Shown here piece by piece: positions 1-9,686 of a stretch of DNA of 41,879 bases. A model generated the notes under the pieces. That model ran no database searches. It was not told the origin of the DNA and saw only the letters and a list, made by a program, of their open reading frames with translations. Source of the DNA: an uncultured Lachnospiraceae bacterium (GTDB lineage: Bacteria > Bacillota > Clostridia > Lachnospirales > Lachnospiraceae); NCBI GenBank assembly GCA_949051565.1, contig CARQUZ010000005.1, forward strand, positions 1-41,879, written 5' to 3'. The position numbers were made by a program, and so were the translations under genes. Numbering within the stretch: position 1 is the stretch's first letter; each line of letters begins with the position of its first letter.

Positions 1-86
1 GTGAAAAAAGTCTGCTATGCAGACTTAATAGTTCTTAGGCTGTGTCTTTTGCTGCCTTAGAACGATTTTTCACACTAACCTCCATG

Positions 87-224
87 CTTCCAATATCCTG
101 CGAATTTGTGCTCCTGCACAAATTTGCCAATTTTCTACTCTTCATTCTTCCAATATCCTGCGAATTTGTGCTCCTGCACAAATTTGCCAATTGAAAAATC
201 TTTGATTTTTCAATTTCTACTCTT
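87..224. repeat. Tandem repeat with ~60-bp period: two perfect 46-bp copies (87-132, 147-192) plus a partial third. Each copy carries a 12-bp-arm palindrome GCGAATTTGTGC-tcct-GCACAAATTTGC. A perfect 10-bp-arm palindrome TTGAAAAATCtttGATTTTTCAA follows at 191-213
   Basis: Seen directly in the sequence. Copies 87-132 and 147-192 are identical. The reverse complement of the inner right arm equals the left arm apart from one mismatch. The array lies downstream of the minus-strand NADAR gene. Confidence 0.8.
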
Positions 225-1038
225 TGCAAATCCGAAATAGTTCATCGCGCACAGTCATCAATGCAAATCCAAGCAGATTAAGCCCTCTCCACATAGAAGG
301 AGTACTCTCTATGGCTTCTTGTTGTGCCATACCAATTCCCCAAATCCGATCATAAGGGCTTGCCTCCACTAAAATCGCATCTTTGGTACTCAAAAGGTAC
401 TTTTGCAGTCTAGGAATCTGTGAAAATTTATAGTAATTTCCTGTCATTACAATCAAGGACTTGAATTCATTCCAAACTGCCTCATCAAAATTTTTTACTT
501 TTCTTCCCAACGACTTAATTTCCTTTTGAGTACTCGTCTCCATAATTTGCTTTTCTGTCTGCACATCCCCAAAAAGTTGTGCCTTCTTTGCCATCATATA
601 TTGTTCCATACAACAATACTTAAGATGTCCTACATAAAAATCTGCCATATACCATTGGCTAAGCACTTCTTTTCCTTCTTCTCCCTGTTTGGGCTTATGG
701 CCCCAAAAAAAGACATAGTCACACTTTTTTTCAGCATTTTGCTTTTCAATAATAGACTCGACAGAGTAAGTACGAACACATGGTTGTTTCCAATTATAGA
801 TCCAAAAGTCATTGTGTCTCTTAATATTCCATTCTGATGTTGACCAGCACACAGGCTCTGGAAACCTTGTATTGTACTCCTCTTTTTCTTCTGGTGTAAG
901 ACTTTGATACCACTCTATATACTCACAGCTATATGCTTCTCCACTGCCCATACGCCACCCGATACTTCCTTGTGGAATCTGAGGATACTTGCGCCACAAC
1001 GGAAGAAACATTTCTCCATTTTTTTGTTTCCCATCCAT
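217..1038 (-). CDS. NADAR (YbiA-like, DUF1768) domain protein with an unrecognised ~125-aa Trp-rich N-terminal domain
   Basis: The C-terminal half carries NADAR family signatures (FFWG...LSQWY...EQYMMAKKA...KFSQ...LLSTKDAILVEASPYDRIWGIG). RBS AAAGGAG lies 7 nt upstream of the ATG at 1038 on the minus strand. The N-terminal domain (FLPLWRKYPQIPQGSIGWRMGSGE...WSTSEWNIKRHNDFWIYNW) matches no family I recognise. Confidence 0.75.
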   Translation of the reverse strand: MDGKQKNGEMFLPLWRKYPQIPQGSIGWRMGSGEAYSCEYIEWYQSLTPEEKEEYNTRFPEPVCWSTSEWNIKRHNDFWIYNWKQPCVRTYSVESIIEKQNAEKKCDYVFFWGHKPKQGEEGKEVLSQWYMADFYVGHLKYCCMEQYMMAKKAQLFGDVQTEKQIMETSTQKEIKSLGRKVKNFDEAVWNEFKSLIVMTGNYYKFSQIPRLQKYLLSTKDAILVEASPYDRIWGIGMAQQEAIESTPSMWRGLNLLGFALMTVRDELFRICKE

Positions 1039-1390
1039 ACTCTGTTTCTCCTTTCTCCATCTTTTACATACCTCTTAGGCATTTGCGAAACTCTGAAATC
1101 ATTGAATATACTGGTTTCTTTGCTCTAAATAAGATAATTTCTCCTCAAAAATGTTTACCTTGACCACTTCTCAACAGTTGTGGAAACGTAAATATTTCCT
1201 TGGAATATTCATCTTCTAGTAATCATTCTTGTTTTGTTACTTACAAAGTCAATAACTTCGTTAGAAATTTCATACATTATCCACATCAATGCTATTTTGC
1301 GTTTCACAATTACCTATCTTTTACATACCTCTACTCAACTATTCTACATAAACTAACTTGTAATTCACAGCAAAATATCCAGCACTCTTT

Positions 1391-1625
1391 ACTATGCAAG
1401 TCATTCTATACTATGAAAATAAAAAAACAACTTTCATAGTATGGATGGCCATTCGGCAGATTAAACATCATGCAAGTTTACTATGAAAGTAAAAAAGCAA
1501 CTTTCATAGTATAGATGGCCATTCGGCCCACCATACGGCAGATTGAACATCATGCAAGTTTTCTATGAAAGTAAAAAAATAACTTTCATAATATGGATGG
1601 CCATACGGCAGATTGAGCATGATAC
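1391..1625 (+). repeat. Intergenic repeat family 1: three tandem copies of a ~61-79 bp unit. Each copy has a 10-bp-stem hairpin CTATGAAAGT-n9-ACTTTCATAG followed by ATGGATGGCCATTCGGCAGATTGAACATCATGCAAGTT
   Basis: Seen directly in the sequence. The copies differ by small indels, for example an extra 'cccaccatacgg' in copy 2. A further copy occurs at 24989-25040. Confidence 0.85.
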
Positions 1626-1654
1626 AAGGTTATGATTAACAAATATTTAGAATA

Positions 1655-2068
1655 TTAGTTCTTGTTGCAAAGTACAAACACATACGCATAGATACTATCC
1701 TCTGCCCCGTTGGTCATTCTCTTCATGCATCGGATAACAGGCCATACCATTATGCCGTTTGTTGTCTCAACAGCGATATTGATTTCTCCTTCTGGGTCCT
1801 TGTCATCAGTTCTCCACTTCCCACCACACAAATTGATAATCGTCTGACCAATATAGGAACCTATCGCAAAAATGATCTGTCCACGATTTTGAGAAAGAAT
1901 CCCATTTGGTACATTTTGCTCGTCAAAAAATCTATCAATTTCCTTCATACTCTCCAAACTGTAATCTGCCCTATATCCTGATTTATTGAGCGCTGTGACC
2001 ACCCACTGTGCTGCTATTACAATATCCTGCTCTAATGTATTGATTTGTTTTTCGTCAACATGATCCAT
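1655..2068 (-). CDS. Small hypothetical protein (DUF3806-like)
   Basis: 137-aa ORF with RBS AAGGGGGA upstream of the ATG at 2068. No recognised catalytic motifs. The DUF3806 call is from memory and uncertain. Confidence 0.55.
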   Translation of the reverse strand: MDHVDEKQINTLEQDIVIAAQWVVTALNKSGYRADYSLESMKEIDRFFDEQNVPNGILSQNRGQIIFAIGSYIGQTIINLCGGKWRTDDKDPEGEINIAVETTNGIMVWPVIRCMKRMTNGAEDSIYAYVFVLCNKN

Positions 2069-2267
2069 GATTTGAATCCCCCTTTTTGATCCACTGTTAG
2101 CCCTCTGATATAAAGATTTATTTCCTGCTCTAATACTCTCTTATTTTTCGGCCTGTAAGCAAGTTATTTTTAGGTAAAGTATAGCATAGCACCACAGTAA
2201 AATCAAACTTTTTCGTTCTTATGTCTGTGTCATGTAGTTAGTCCATCTGACAAAAACACACATCTAT

Positions 2268-2304
2268 ATAAAAAAGGCAGCAAACCTTTTTCGATTTGCT
2301 GCCT
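2268..2304 (-). terminator. Rho-independent terminator downstream of the GH85 gene (bidirectional-capable hairpin)
   Basis: 10-bp stem AGGCAGCAAA/TTTGCTGCCT (2275-2304) with a U-run on the minus strand (A-run 2270-2275 on +). Confidence 0.65.
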
Positions 2305-2350
2305 TTGTGTTTGGCTTTGATATAACATTATGCGTTGGCGGCTCAAATGA

Positions 2351-5230
2351 TTACTCCATCGCTGCTTCTAATCCATATACTTCAACTTCATAGATACGTG
2401 CTGCGCTGTCGCTTCCCTGAGTTGGTTTATTTATGACAAGCTTTACAAACTGTGCGTTTACAGGTGCAAATGCATCATGTGTAGTTCCCGCTGTATTTCT
2501 GGTCACACTTCTTACTTCTGTAAATGCCGCTCCATCTTCACTGACATAAATTGCATAGGACTTTGTATTCATATCTGCGCTCTCGCCACCTGCCTCAGCA
2601 TGGTAGACATCTACTGCACTTACGGTCTTGATACTTCCAAGATCCAATGTGATCTCATGTGGTGCACTTCCTGTTGCACACCATTTCTTTGTAATGTCAC
2701 CGTCCACTGCAAACTGAGGAGCCTCATTGTCATTGACATAGGTATCTGCCTCTGTGCCAGCGCCCTGTGAAAGCAAAACAAGTCCTTCCGATGCATTCTC
2801 AGTAATTACAATATAATTCTCCATAAAAGCTTCGCTGCTACCAGACTCATTTTCTGCCTTGATAGAAACAGAATATACGCCTTCATTAGCATAAGTTACA
2901 GATACACTGTTACCTTCTGCGGACTCTTTGTCTGCACCTGTAAGAGTCCATGTTACCTTCTGTGTATTCTGTGAACACAAACTGTTCAATGTAATTGTTT
3001 CACCAGGTGCTGCCAATGTGATATCTGCTGCAAACGCTGCCTTCGGGATGCTGTTGTCTGGCCAATCCATTGTCACCTGTGCACCAGTTCCTTCTACTAA
3101 CAGAGCATTGACTGGAACTACCTCAAAAACAGATTTGTTTGTGTCATCTGTTCGTGGCAAAGTATTGATATAGAAGCTGTTTGTATTAGATACACCCAAC
3201 AAAGACTTTGTCTGGTCCTGATTAATCCGATAAACTTCATAATAATCGGTCTGTACATCTGAATCCCATGCAAGACGCACACCTGCATACATACTATCTT
3301 CATCAAACTCACTGTCGAGTACACGCACATTGCTCACTGTCGCTGTTTCCTCGGCTGCTTGCTCGATCATACTGATATTGCCCAAACGCAACTGTAAACC
3401 ACTTGCATCTGCATCTGCTGTGATCTTGTAAGAGATTGTCTTGATGGTCTTTCCTGCTAGTCCTGCGGTGTCATAAGACACTGTTGTCCACTCATCCTTA
3501 ACTTTCTTGTCACCTTCTAGAACAAGCTCTGAGCCATCATCGAGCGTAAGTACTGCATCTAATGCAATTTCTGCCCCTTTTGCACGCGCTGTTGTGGTGA
3601 ATGTCATGCTGTCTGTTGCGGGAAGACTTGCACTATAGAGCTTGATTACTGACTCTACACCTTGCTTCACTGCACCACGCAAAATCATGCTGTTTCCGCC
3701 ATAGTAAGCATCTCCCACATCTAGATCAGCAGTCAGATTATTGCCTGTGCCATTCTCAATAATATAACGATATGTAGGCAATACATCAGAAATGCTGCGA
3801 TTGTTCCAATCTAACATACTGATAAGCTCACCATTTTTATAGAACCCATAGCCATTTCCTGTAGAGAAGTTGGTCACAAAAGGAAGTTGTGTAATCGCTG
3901 TTCGCTCCACAACATAAGTAGACACGCCCCTCCACTGAGTATCATCTGACATCTCCATCTGTACAGAGGGATCTCCTTTGGAATTCACCCACAACTTATT
4001 TTCCTGTTTCCAGAAATCTTGTACAGTACCTGCTGAAAAATAAGCCCAGCTTGGACAGTAAAGTCCTAGAGATGTATAGGTTCCTCCCTCTGGATTCTCA
4101 AACAAATTCCATCTAATCGGAGTTGCATAACCATTGCTCTGCAAATCAACTCCTGCATATAAATCATAAGGATCTATGTTCTTTTCCTGTGCAAGCTGTG
4201 CAGAGGACTTTAACAATTCTTCTGGCGCTAGTTTTTCCGTTGTCCACCAGAAATTCAAGAACATCTCATCTGCAACAGAAGCACCTTCCTCATTTTGCAT
4301 AAAAGCTACATTTTTCTCTGTCAATGCATTTTGCCAATCCATCTCGCCATCCACTGTCATTGAATCATAGTAAACCAATTCTAATTCAGGAGCTTTTTCC
4401 TTAAAGTAGGACAAGAACTCTTGCATCCGCACAGCGTGATCTGCTGTTAGGGGCTCTGTGTCTGTTCCTTCTGTCTCCTGGTTGATAAACCATCCATCAA
4501 ACCCATATGTATTGGCAACCTCGATCAACTTGTCAACTACTGGATAGCTACCATCCTCTTTCTTTGTCAAGAGATCCTCTAACCACTGCATCTTTCCGCC
4601 ATGAGCTGCCTGTGGCATAAACACAGTTCCAATTACCTTTACACCATTCTTGTGTCCTGCGTCCACCACATCTGCACTAGGTGCCACAATCAACCCTTCT
4701 CCTGAAGAGCCGCCCCAATATACCAATAGATCTACATACTGCCAGTATGAAAATGTGTTGGCATTAAACTTGTTTAGACCATGTGGAGAGTTTCCGCTCG
4801 TACTTCCATTCATAATGGAAATAGACATGACCTTTGTATCCTTATTTTGAGTTGAATTTACTGGCTCTAGATCTGCAATGTCCACGCGTGATGCAAGCGG
4901 CACACTACTCACGTTAAAAATGAGATCTTCATCCTTGCTGGAATCCCACTCCAGCAACTGTGCTGGAAACCAATAAGATGACTCTGGTTGACGATTCATG
5001 GTCAACTCTTTGTTGTCATTCTCCTCTGTCACAGAATATGCCGCTGCTGGTGCTTCTGTCTGTTCTGGTGCTGGTTCTGATGTAGGTTCAGATTCTACTA
5101 CAGCAGTCTGTGTGGATGCTGGCTCCTGCTCTACTTTTTGTTCCCCATTGCCGCACGCAACAAGCCCTGTCATCATAGTCGCTGCCAAAATAATACTGAT
5201 AATTTTCTTTCCATATTCTTTCTTGCGCAT
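2351..5230 (-). CDS. Secreted lipoprotein endo-beta-N-acetylglucosaminidase (GH85) with C-terminal Ig-like and F5/8 type C (discoidin) carbohydrate-binding domains
   Basis: Lipobox LVAC after an N-terminal signal peptide. GH85 core motifs are present (FNANTFSYWQYVDLLVYWGG...GHKNGVKVIGTVF). A discoidin-like C-terminus (DGDITKKWCATG...). RBS GGAAAGGAAAC. Confidence 0.75.
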   Translation of the reverse strand: MRKKEYGKKIISIILAATMMTGLVACGNGEQKVEQEPASTQTAVVESEPTSEPAPEQTEAPAAAYSVTEENDNKELTMNRQPESSYWFPAQLLEWDSSKDEDLIFNVSSVPLASRVDIADLEPVNSTQNKDTKVMSISIMNGSTSGNSPHGLNKFNANTFSYWQYVDLLVYWGGSSGEGLIVAPSADVVDAGHKNGVKVIGTVFMPQAAHGGKMQWLEDLLTKKEDGSYPVVDKLIEVANTYGFDGWFINQETEGTDTEPLTADHAVRMQEFLSYFKEKAPELELVYYDSMTVDGEMDWQNALTEKNVAFMQNEEGASVADEMFLNFWWTTEKLAPEELLKSSAQLAQEKNIDPYDLYAGVDLQSNGYATPIRWNLFENPEGGTYTSLGLYCPSWAYFSAGTVQDFWKQENKLWVNSKGDPSVQMEMSDDTQWRGVSTYVVERTAITQLPFVTNFSTGNGYGFYKNGELISMLDWNNRSISDVLPTYRYIIENGTGNNLTADLDVGDAYYGGNSMILRGAVKQGVESVIKLYSASLPATDSMTFTTTARAKGAEIALDAVLTLDDGSELVLEGDKKVKDEWTTVSYDTAGLAGKTIKTISYKITADADASGLQLRLGNISMIEQAAEETATVSNVRVLDSEFDEDSMYAGVRLAWDSDVQTDYYEVYRINQDQTKSLLGVSNTNSFYINTLPRTDDTNKSVFEVVPVNALLVEGTGAQVTMDWPDNSIPKAAFAADITLAAPGETITLNSLCSQNTQKVTWTLTGADKESAEGNSVSVTYANEGVYSVSIKAENESGSSEAFMENYIVITENASEGLVLLSQGAGTEADTYVNDNEAPQFAVDGDITKKWCATGSAPHEITLDLGSIKTVSAVDVYHAEAGGESADMNTKSYAIYVSEDGAAFTEVRSVTRNTAGTTHDAFAPVNAQFVKLVINKPTQGSDSAARIYEVEVYGLEAAME

Positions 5231-5352
5231 AAAGTTTCCTTTCCACTTTGAAAGTATTTACTTGTAAAAAATCCTTGATCTTTCAACCTTCTTTTTATGG
5301 TAAGGCGGCCATGTAAAACAGACCACCTTGCCAGATTTCTTATTATATCTTT

Positions 5353-8300
5353 TTAGCGAAGCAAAACTGTCACAACTTCATATGGCTTTAATACAACATC
5401 AATCACATTTCCTGTTACAGTTGTCTCCTCCTGTGTCTCTTCTAGTAAATTACAGATATATGCTTTTTCAAATGGTGCATGCACTGTCAATTTTGTCTTA
5501 GTATATGAATTCTCTGACTCATACATACGAATGACTGTTCCATTTCCATCCTCTGCCTTTTTAATCGTCTCAAGAATGACATTTGCATGTGCAACAGATG
5601 CAAATGAGAATGTTTCCTTAGAGGCGGTTCCCAACTCAGCAACTAATGGCTGATTGAGCTTGTATGCTTCCTCTACAGTACCTGCCTGACGCCATCCTTC
5701 TGCATGTGGATAAAGTGCATAGGTAAAATCATGCTCTTCCTGGTCTGTAGTTGGATTGGGTTCTATACCAGATTTAATCAAAGTCAATGCCATATTGGAA
5801 TCCTTTACAGAATGTCCATACTTACAATCATTGAGTAGAGAAACTCCATAGTGGCCTTCTGAGAGATCCATCCATTTCTGTCCACAACTCTCAAAACGCG
5901 CCACATCCCAACTTGTATTTTGATGCGTTTTTCTAGTCAGATTTCCAAACTGTACATCAAAGGTTGCCTCATCTGTATGCACTGCTATCGGGAAATGTAC
6001 CTTTAATAGTGTCTGATGCTCTTTCCAGTCCACATGAGTCACAAACTCTATCCGACGGCTGTTCGCATAGAATATAATCTTCTGCTCGATTGTTGACTTA
6101 GATGCCTTGCGTGTTATCTCTAGCACCGCGCGCACAGGACCTACCTCTGTCCATTCCATATGCTCTACTTGATCCACATCCCAGAACTTCTCTGTATAGT
6201 AAATGTCAATATCCCAGTTGTCAAAATAAATAGGCTTATCCTCATACATGCGAATCAAATTTCCACGTTCTTTCTCCTGTATGATCTCCCTATCATTTTC
6301 CTTGTCATAAATGCTTGTAAACAGTCCCTGTTCATCCAGTTTTATGGTGTAGAATGGCGTTTCTAGTGCAAGGTTTCCAGTCAATACAAATGGGCAATCT
6401 GTATCTGTTGCCTTAGCAGCCGTAAATGATTTGTAACCCTTTGAAGGTACATTCTTCACGTATGCCACACTTCCGTCCTTTGTTTTCTGAACAGGATAGA
6501 TTGTTCCATTCTCATCCTGAAGAGCCTCTCCGTCAAAGTCTCCGAGATTGACAATGTCTTCTCTTTCTTTTCCTATTGTATTAAAGATCGTGATTGCATC
6601 TCCAGTCTGTGCGATTGCCTTTCTACGTTGTGTAGACAAATCTGCTATCTGCTCTGCAAGCTGGCTATACTCTTCCTTTGTCACATCATAAACTTCTTTG
6701 ATAGATGAACCTGGCAAAATATCATGGAACTGATTTAGCAGCACGACTCTCCACATTGCCTCTAGATCCTTTGTTGGATAGTCTACTGTCTGCTCTGCCA
6801 AAACAGATAGTAATTCCAGATCCATCAATCCCAGCTCGGATTTTCGATTAGAACGTTTGTTTCGTGCCATAGAGGTCAATGTCCCTCTGTGATACTCAAA
6901 GTAAAACTCACCTTCCCACACTGGAAGACGTCTACTTTGTCCAACACGTTCATTCAGCTCGTCAAAGAATGTGCGCGCAAACTCTTGGCGAACGGTCGGG
7001 ATACCTTTCACACCCTTTTCCATACGAATAGATGTCTCTAACATTTCTCTGGTTGGACCACCACCGCCATCTCCATAGCCATAAGAGATTAAGATATCAT
7101 TGTTGAGATCTTTATTTTGATAACGCATCCATCCACCCATAATAGCGTCTGGATGAAGCATGCCATTATATGTCGTGAAGAAATTCTTGATTGGTTGCTC
7201 CACGCCCAATGTGGTAATCAAATGTGTCAATACCTCTGATCCATCGATACCTCTCCACATCATTGTATCATATGGTATCTTATTAAACTGATTCCACGCA
7301 AGTTTGGTGGTCATAAAATAATCAATTCCACACTTTTTCATGATCTGTGGAAGTGCTCCCGAATAACCAAACACATCTGGCAACCACAAAATACGATTGT
7401 CCACACCAAACTCTTCGCGGAAAAAGCGCTTGCCATACATAAACTGGCGAACCAATGATTCTCCTGAGGTCAGATTGCAGTCTGCCTCCACCCACATACC
7501 ACCTTCTGGCTCCCAGCGCTGTTGTTCGATACGTTCTTTCACTTTCTCATAAAGGTCTGGGTAGCGCTCTTTCAAAAAGGCATAAAGCTGTGGTTGGCTT
7601 GACATAAACTTGTAATTGGGATATTCTTCCATCAGCTTTAATACTGTCGCAAAGCTACGTGCAACTTTTTCCCTTGTCTGCTCTACTGTCCACCACCATG
7701 CAACATCAATGTGTGTATGTCCAATACAAGTTGCAATCACATCCTTATATCCTGCCAAATCAGAATACAATGCCCGATCAATATAGTTAGACGCCTCTTC
7801 CATTGTAGAATAAAACGCATCCGAATATGGAGTTCTCAAATCCAGGAAATTCACTGTGGTATTCAAGATTTCCTGAATATCCTTTCGATTCTTATCGTCT
7901 TCCTCCATTCTAGAAAATGCTGCGAGTGGAACCCACAAATCATAGTACAACTTCTCGATTTTGTCGTCAATCTCACGCATTTCCACAATCAGATTAAACT
8001 CGTCATGCAACGTTCCAGTATAGGCTTGAAGTCCAATCTCCAAAACTTCCCCTTCTTTTGCTTGAGCGCGCAAAAAGACATCTTTGTGGTTCATATCAAT
8101 TCCTTGGATGGCTTCTCCGTTTACAAACAGTAAGAACTGTGGATTTTTCGCATCATCCCACTCGTCAATCTGTGTGCGTACATGAAGCCACATCCGTTTT
8201 CCATCTAGCTCTTTAGGCACTTGATATGTTGTCTTAAACCAGTAATGACGATCCTTTCCATACCAGTGCATATTTTTGCTATAAAAGTCTTGCCACGGTG

Positions 8301-8439
8301 CAGAATCCGCCTCTGCCTCTTCAGGTTTAATATAATTGCCCTCTTTATACTTCAAGTGGTCAATTGGAAATTTTTGTTTTACCTTTAACTTTTTTAATTC
8401 TTCACAAATAACATGAACTCTCTTGTCCAAAAAATACAT
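5353..8439 (-). CDS. GH38 alpha-mannosidase (cytoplasmic)
   Basis: GH38 signature HTHIDVAWWW and length consistent with bacterial GH38. The ORF extends to 8460 (MNDKEAK-MYFLD), but a strong RBS AAGGAGG sits 5 nt before the second ATG, so the preferred start is 8439. Confidence 0.85.
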   Translation of the reverse strand: MYFLDKRVHVICEELKKLKVKQKFPIDHLKYKEGNYIKPEEAEADSAPWQDFYSKNMHWYGKDRHYWFKTTYQVPKELDGKRMWLHVRTQIDEWDDAKNPQFLLFVNGEAIQGIDMNHKDVFLRAQAKEGEVLEIGLQAYTGTLHDEFNLIVEMREIDDKIEKLYYDLWVPLAAFSRMEEDDKNRKDIQEILNTTVNFLDLRTPYSDAFYSTMEEASNYIDRALYSDLAGYKDVIATCIGHTHIDVAWWWTVEQTREKVARSFATVLKLMEEYPNYKFMSSQPQLYAFLKERYPDLYEKVKERIEQQRWEPEGGMWVEADCNLTSGESLVRQFMYGKRFFREEFGVDNRILWLPDVFGYSGALPQIMKKCGIDYFMTTKLAWNQFNKIPYDTMMWRGIDGSEVLTHLITTLGVEQPIKNFFTTYNGMLHPDAIMGGWMRYQNKDLNNDILISYGYGDGGGGPTREMLETSIRMEKGVKGIPTVRQEFARTFFDELNERVGQSRRLPVWEGEFYFEYHRGTLTSMARNKRSNRKSELGLMDLELLSVLAEQTVDYPTKDLEAMWRVVLLNQFHDILPGSSIKEVYDVTKEEYSQLAEQIADLSTQRRKAIAQTGDAITIFNTIGKEREDIVNLGDFDGEALQDENGTIYPVQKTKDGSVAYVKNVPSKGYKSFTAAKATDTDCPFVLTGNLALETPFYTIKLDEQGLFTSIYDKENDREIIQEKERGNLIRMYEDKPIYFDNWDIDIYYTEKFWDVDQVEHMEWTEVGPVRAVLEITRKASKSTIEQKIIFYANSRRIEFVTHVDWKEHQTLLKVHFPIAVHTDEATFDVQFGNLTRKTHQNTSWDVARFESCGQKWMDLSEGHYGVSLLNDCKYGHSVKDSNMALTLIKSGIEPNPTTDQEEHDFTYALYPHAEGWRQAGTVEEAYKLNQPLVAELGTASKETFSFASVAHANVILETIKKAEDGNGTVIRMYESENSYTKTKLTVHAPFEKAYICNLLEETQEETTVTGNVIDVVLKPYEVVTVLLR

Positions 8440-8592
8440 TTTTGCCTCCTTGTCATTCATTTACCGCCTTCTGACAGACGGATTTTTAAACATATTCTGA
8501 AGTAATACTCCTCACTTCGTTTTTCCTCATAGTATTTATGCCCATATCCGCATATTATGATAACATTTTATTTTATAGAAACTTTTCATGCG

Positions 8593-8649
8593 GTAAAAAG
8601 GCCGCCGCAAAATTAGCCAAAGCTTTCACTTTTTCTTTTTGCGGCAGCC
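8593..8649 (-). terminator. Hairpin (13-bp GC-rich stem) with a U-run between the GH130 and GH38 genes. It is an intra-locus terminator or attenuator
   Basis: GGCCGCCGCAAAA...TTTTGCGGCAGCC (1 mismatch). An A-run on + at 8595-8599 gives a U-run on the minus-strand transcript. Confidence 0.55.
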
Positions 8650-8678
8650 ATCCTGTATGAAATCAACAATACCAATGT

Positions 8679-9659
8679 TTATTCCATATATGCCATTAAA
8701 CGGTCTACTGTAGTAAATGCAAGCCCTGTCACTGTGTCTGCACATCCATAGTAGATGGCAATCCTTCCAGTCGCCGCATCTGTCAGCGCCGCGCAAGGGA
8801 AGACTACATTAGGTACATCTCCTACACACTCATATAACTCATGAGGTCCTAAAATATAATTTTTGGTTCTCTTTTTCACTTTCCACGGCTCTTCCAAATC
8901 CAACAAAGCACATCCCATTCGGTAAACAAATCCGTTACAGGTATTGATTACGCCATGATAAATCAGAAGCCAGCCTTCATCTGTCTCAATAGGAACACTC
9001 CCTGCACCAATCTTAGTACACTGCCATGCAGATGCATCTCCTTTGATCGTTCCCATCACATACCGATGACATCCCCAATATTTCAAGTCTGGACTTTCAC
9101 TCAGGAAAATATCTCCAAATGGTGTGTGTCCATTATCACTAGGACGACTTAGCATATAATAGTTACCATTGATCTTGCGTGGAAATAGTACCCCATTGCG
9201 ATTAAATGGCAAAAATGCATTTTCCAATTGATAAAATTCCTTAAAATCAAAGGTATACCCTACCCCAATCGTGGGATATTCGTGATATCCATTGCACCAT
9301 GTGATATAATATCTGTCCTCTATAAAACAGACTCTTGGATCATAGCGAAAGTCTCTTTTTGCCACTTCAGGGTGTGCGCCCTGAAATGTAAGTGGTTCAT
9401 CCGAAATGTTCCAGCTAATCCCATCCTTGCTAAATCCTGCAAAGATATCCATGCTGATGGACTTGCTGTCACAGCGGAACACGCCCGCAAAACCATCTTC
9501 AAAGGGGACTACTGCACTGTTAAAAATACTGTTTGAGTTTTTCGTTGCAAATCTTTCGATAATCGGATTTGCATTGTAGCGCCATACAGGCAGTTTTTCC
9601 GAATCTGTCGGTTCCTGCCAAGGCAGATTGGGCAAATCCCTTCCGATTATTTTTGCCAT
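8679..9659 (-). CDS. GH130 family glycoside phosphorylase, likely beta-1,4-mannosyl-N-acetylglucosamine phosphorylase
   Basis: 326-aa 5-bladed beta-propeller-like protein with no signal peptide. Its size and context (between the ABC transporter and GH38/GH85) match known N-glycan loci. RBS GAGGTGG. The family call is from memory of GH130 features, not a search. Confidence 0.6.
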   Translation of the reverse strand: MAKIIGRDLPNLPWQEPTDSEKLPVWRYNANPIIERFATKNSNSIFNSAVVPFEDGFAGVFRCDSKSISMDIFAGFSKDGISWNISDEPLTFQGAHPEVAKRDFRYDPRVCFIEDRYYITWCNGYHEYPTIGVGYTFDFKEFYQLENAFLPFNRNGVLFPRKINGNYYMLSRPSDNGHTPFGDIFLSESPDLKYWGCHRYVMGTIKGDASAWQCTKIGAGSVPIETDEGWLLIYHGVINTCNGFVYRMGCALLDLEEPWKVKKRTKNYILGPHELYECVGDVPNVVFPCAALTDAATGRIAIYYGCADTVTGLAFTTVDRLMAYME

Positions 9660-9686
9660 CTTATCGCCACCTCTGTCACTTATTAT

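Noticed and set aside
1-27. Hairpin AGTCTGCtatGCAGACT followed by a T-run on the minus strand, as a possible terminator
   Set aside because: The stem is 7 bp and AT-rich, 190 bp beyond the gene end, and truncated by the window edge. Not called as a feature.
100-190. Possible sigma-54 promoter (TGGCA...TGCA) within the palindromic repeats on the minus strand
   Set aside because: The GG-to-GC spacing is 9 nt rather than the required 10, and there is no downstream gene in the right orientation.
35-229. 64-aa ORF (minus strand) with an internally duplicated peptide
   Set aside because: The ORF is generated by the tandem 60-bp DNA repeat. It has no RBS and sits downstream of the NADAR gene, so it is most likely non-coding.
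7711-8133. 140-aa ORF on the plus strand inside the GH38 gene (and similar antisense ORFs at 2477-2770, 6160-6366, 9228-9536, 9711-10118, 23046-23373, 38185-38661 and 40242-40711)
   Set aside because: They are antisense to well-supported genes, have low-complexity or Cys/Ile-rich composition, and have no RBS. They are typical shadow ORFs of AT-rich DNA.
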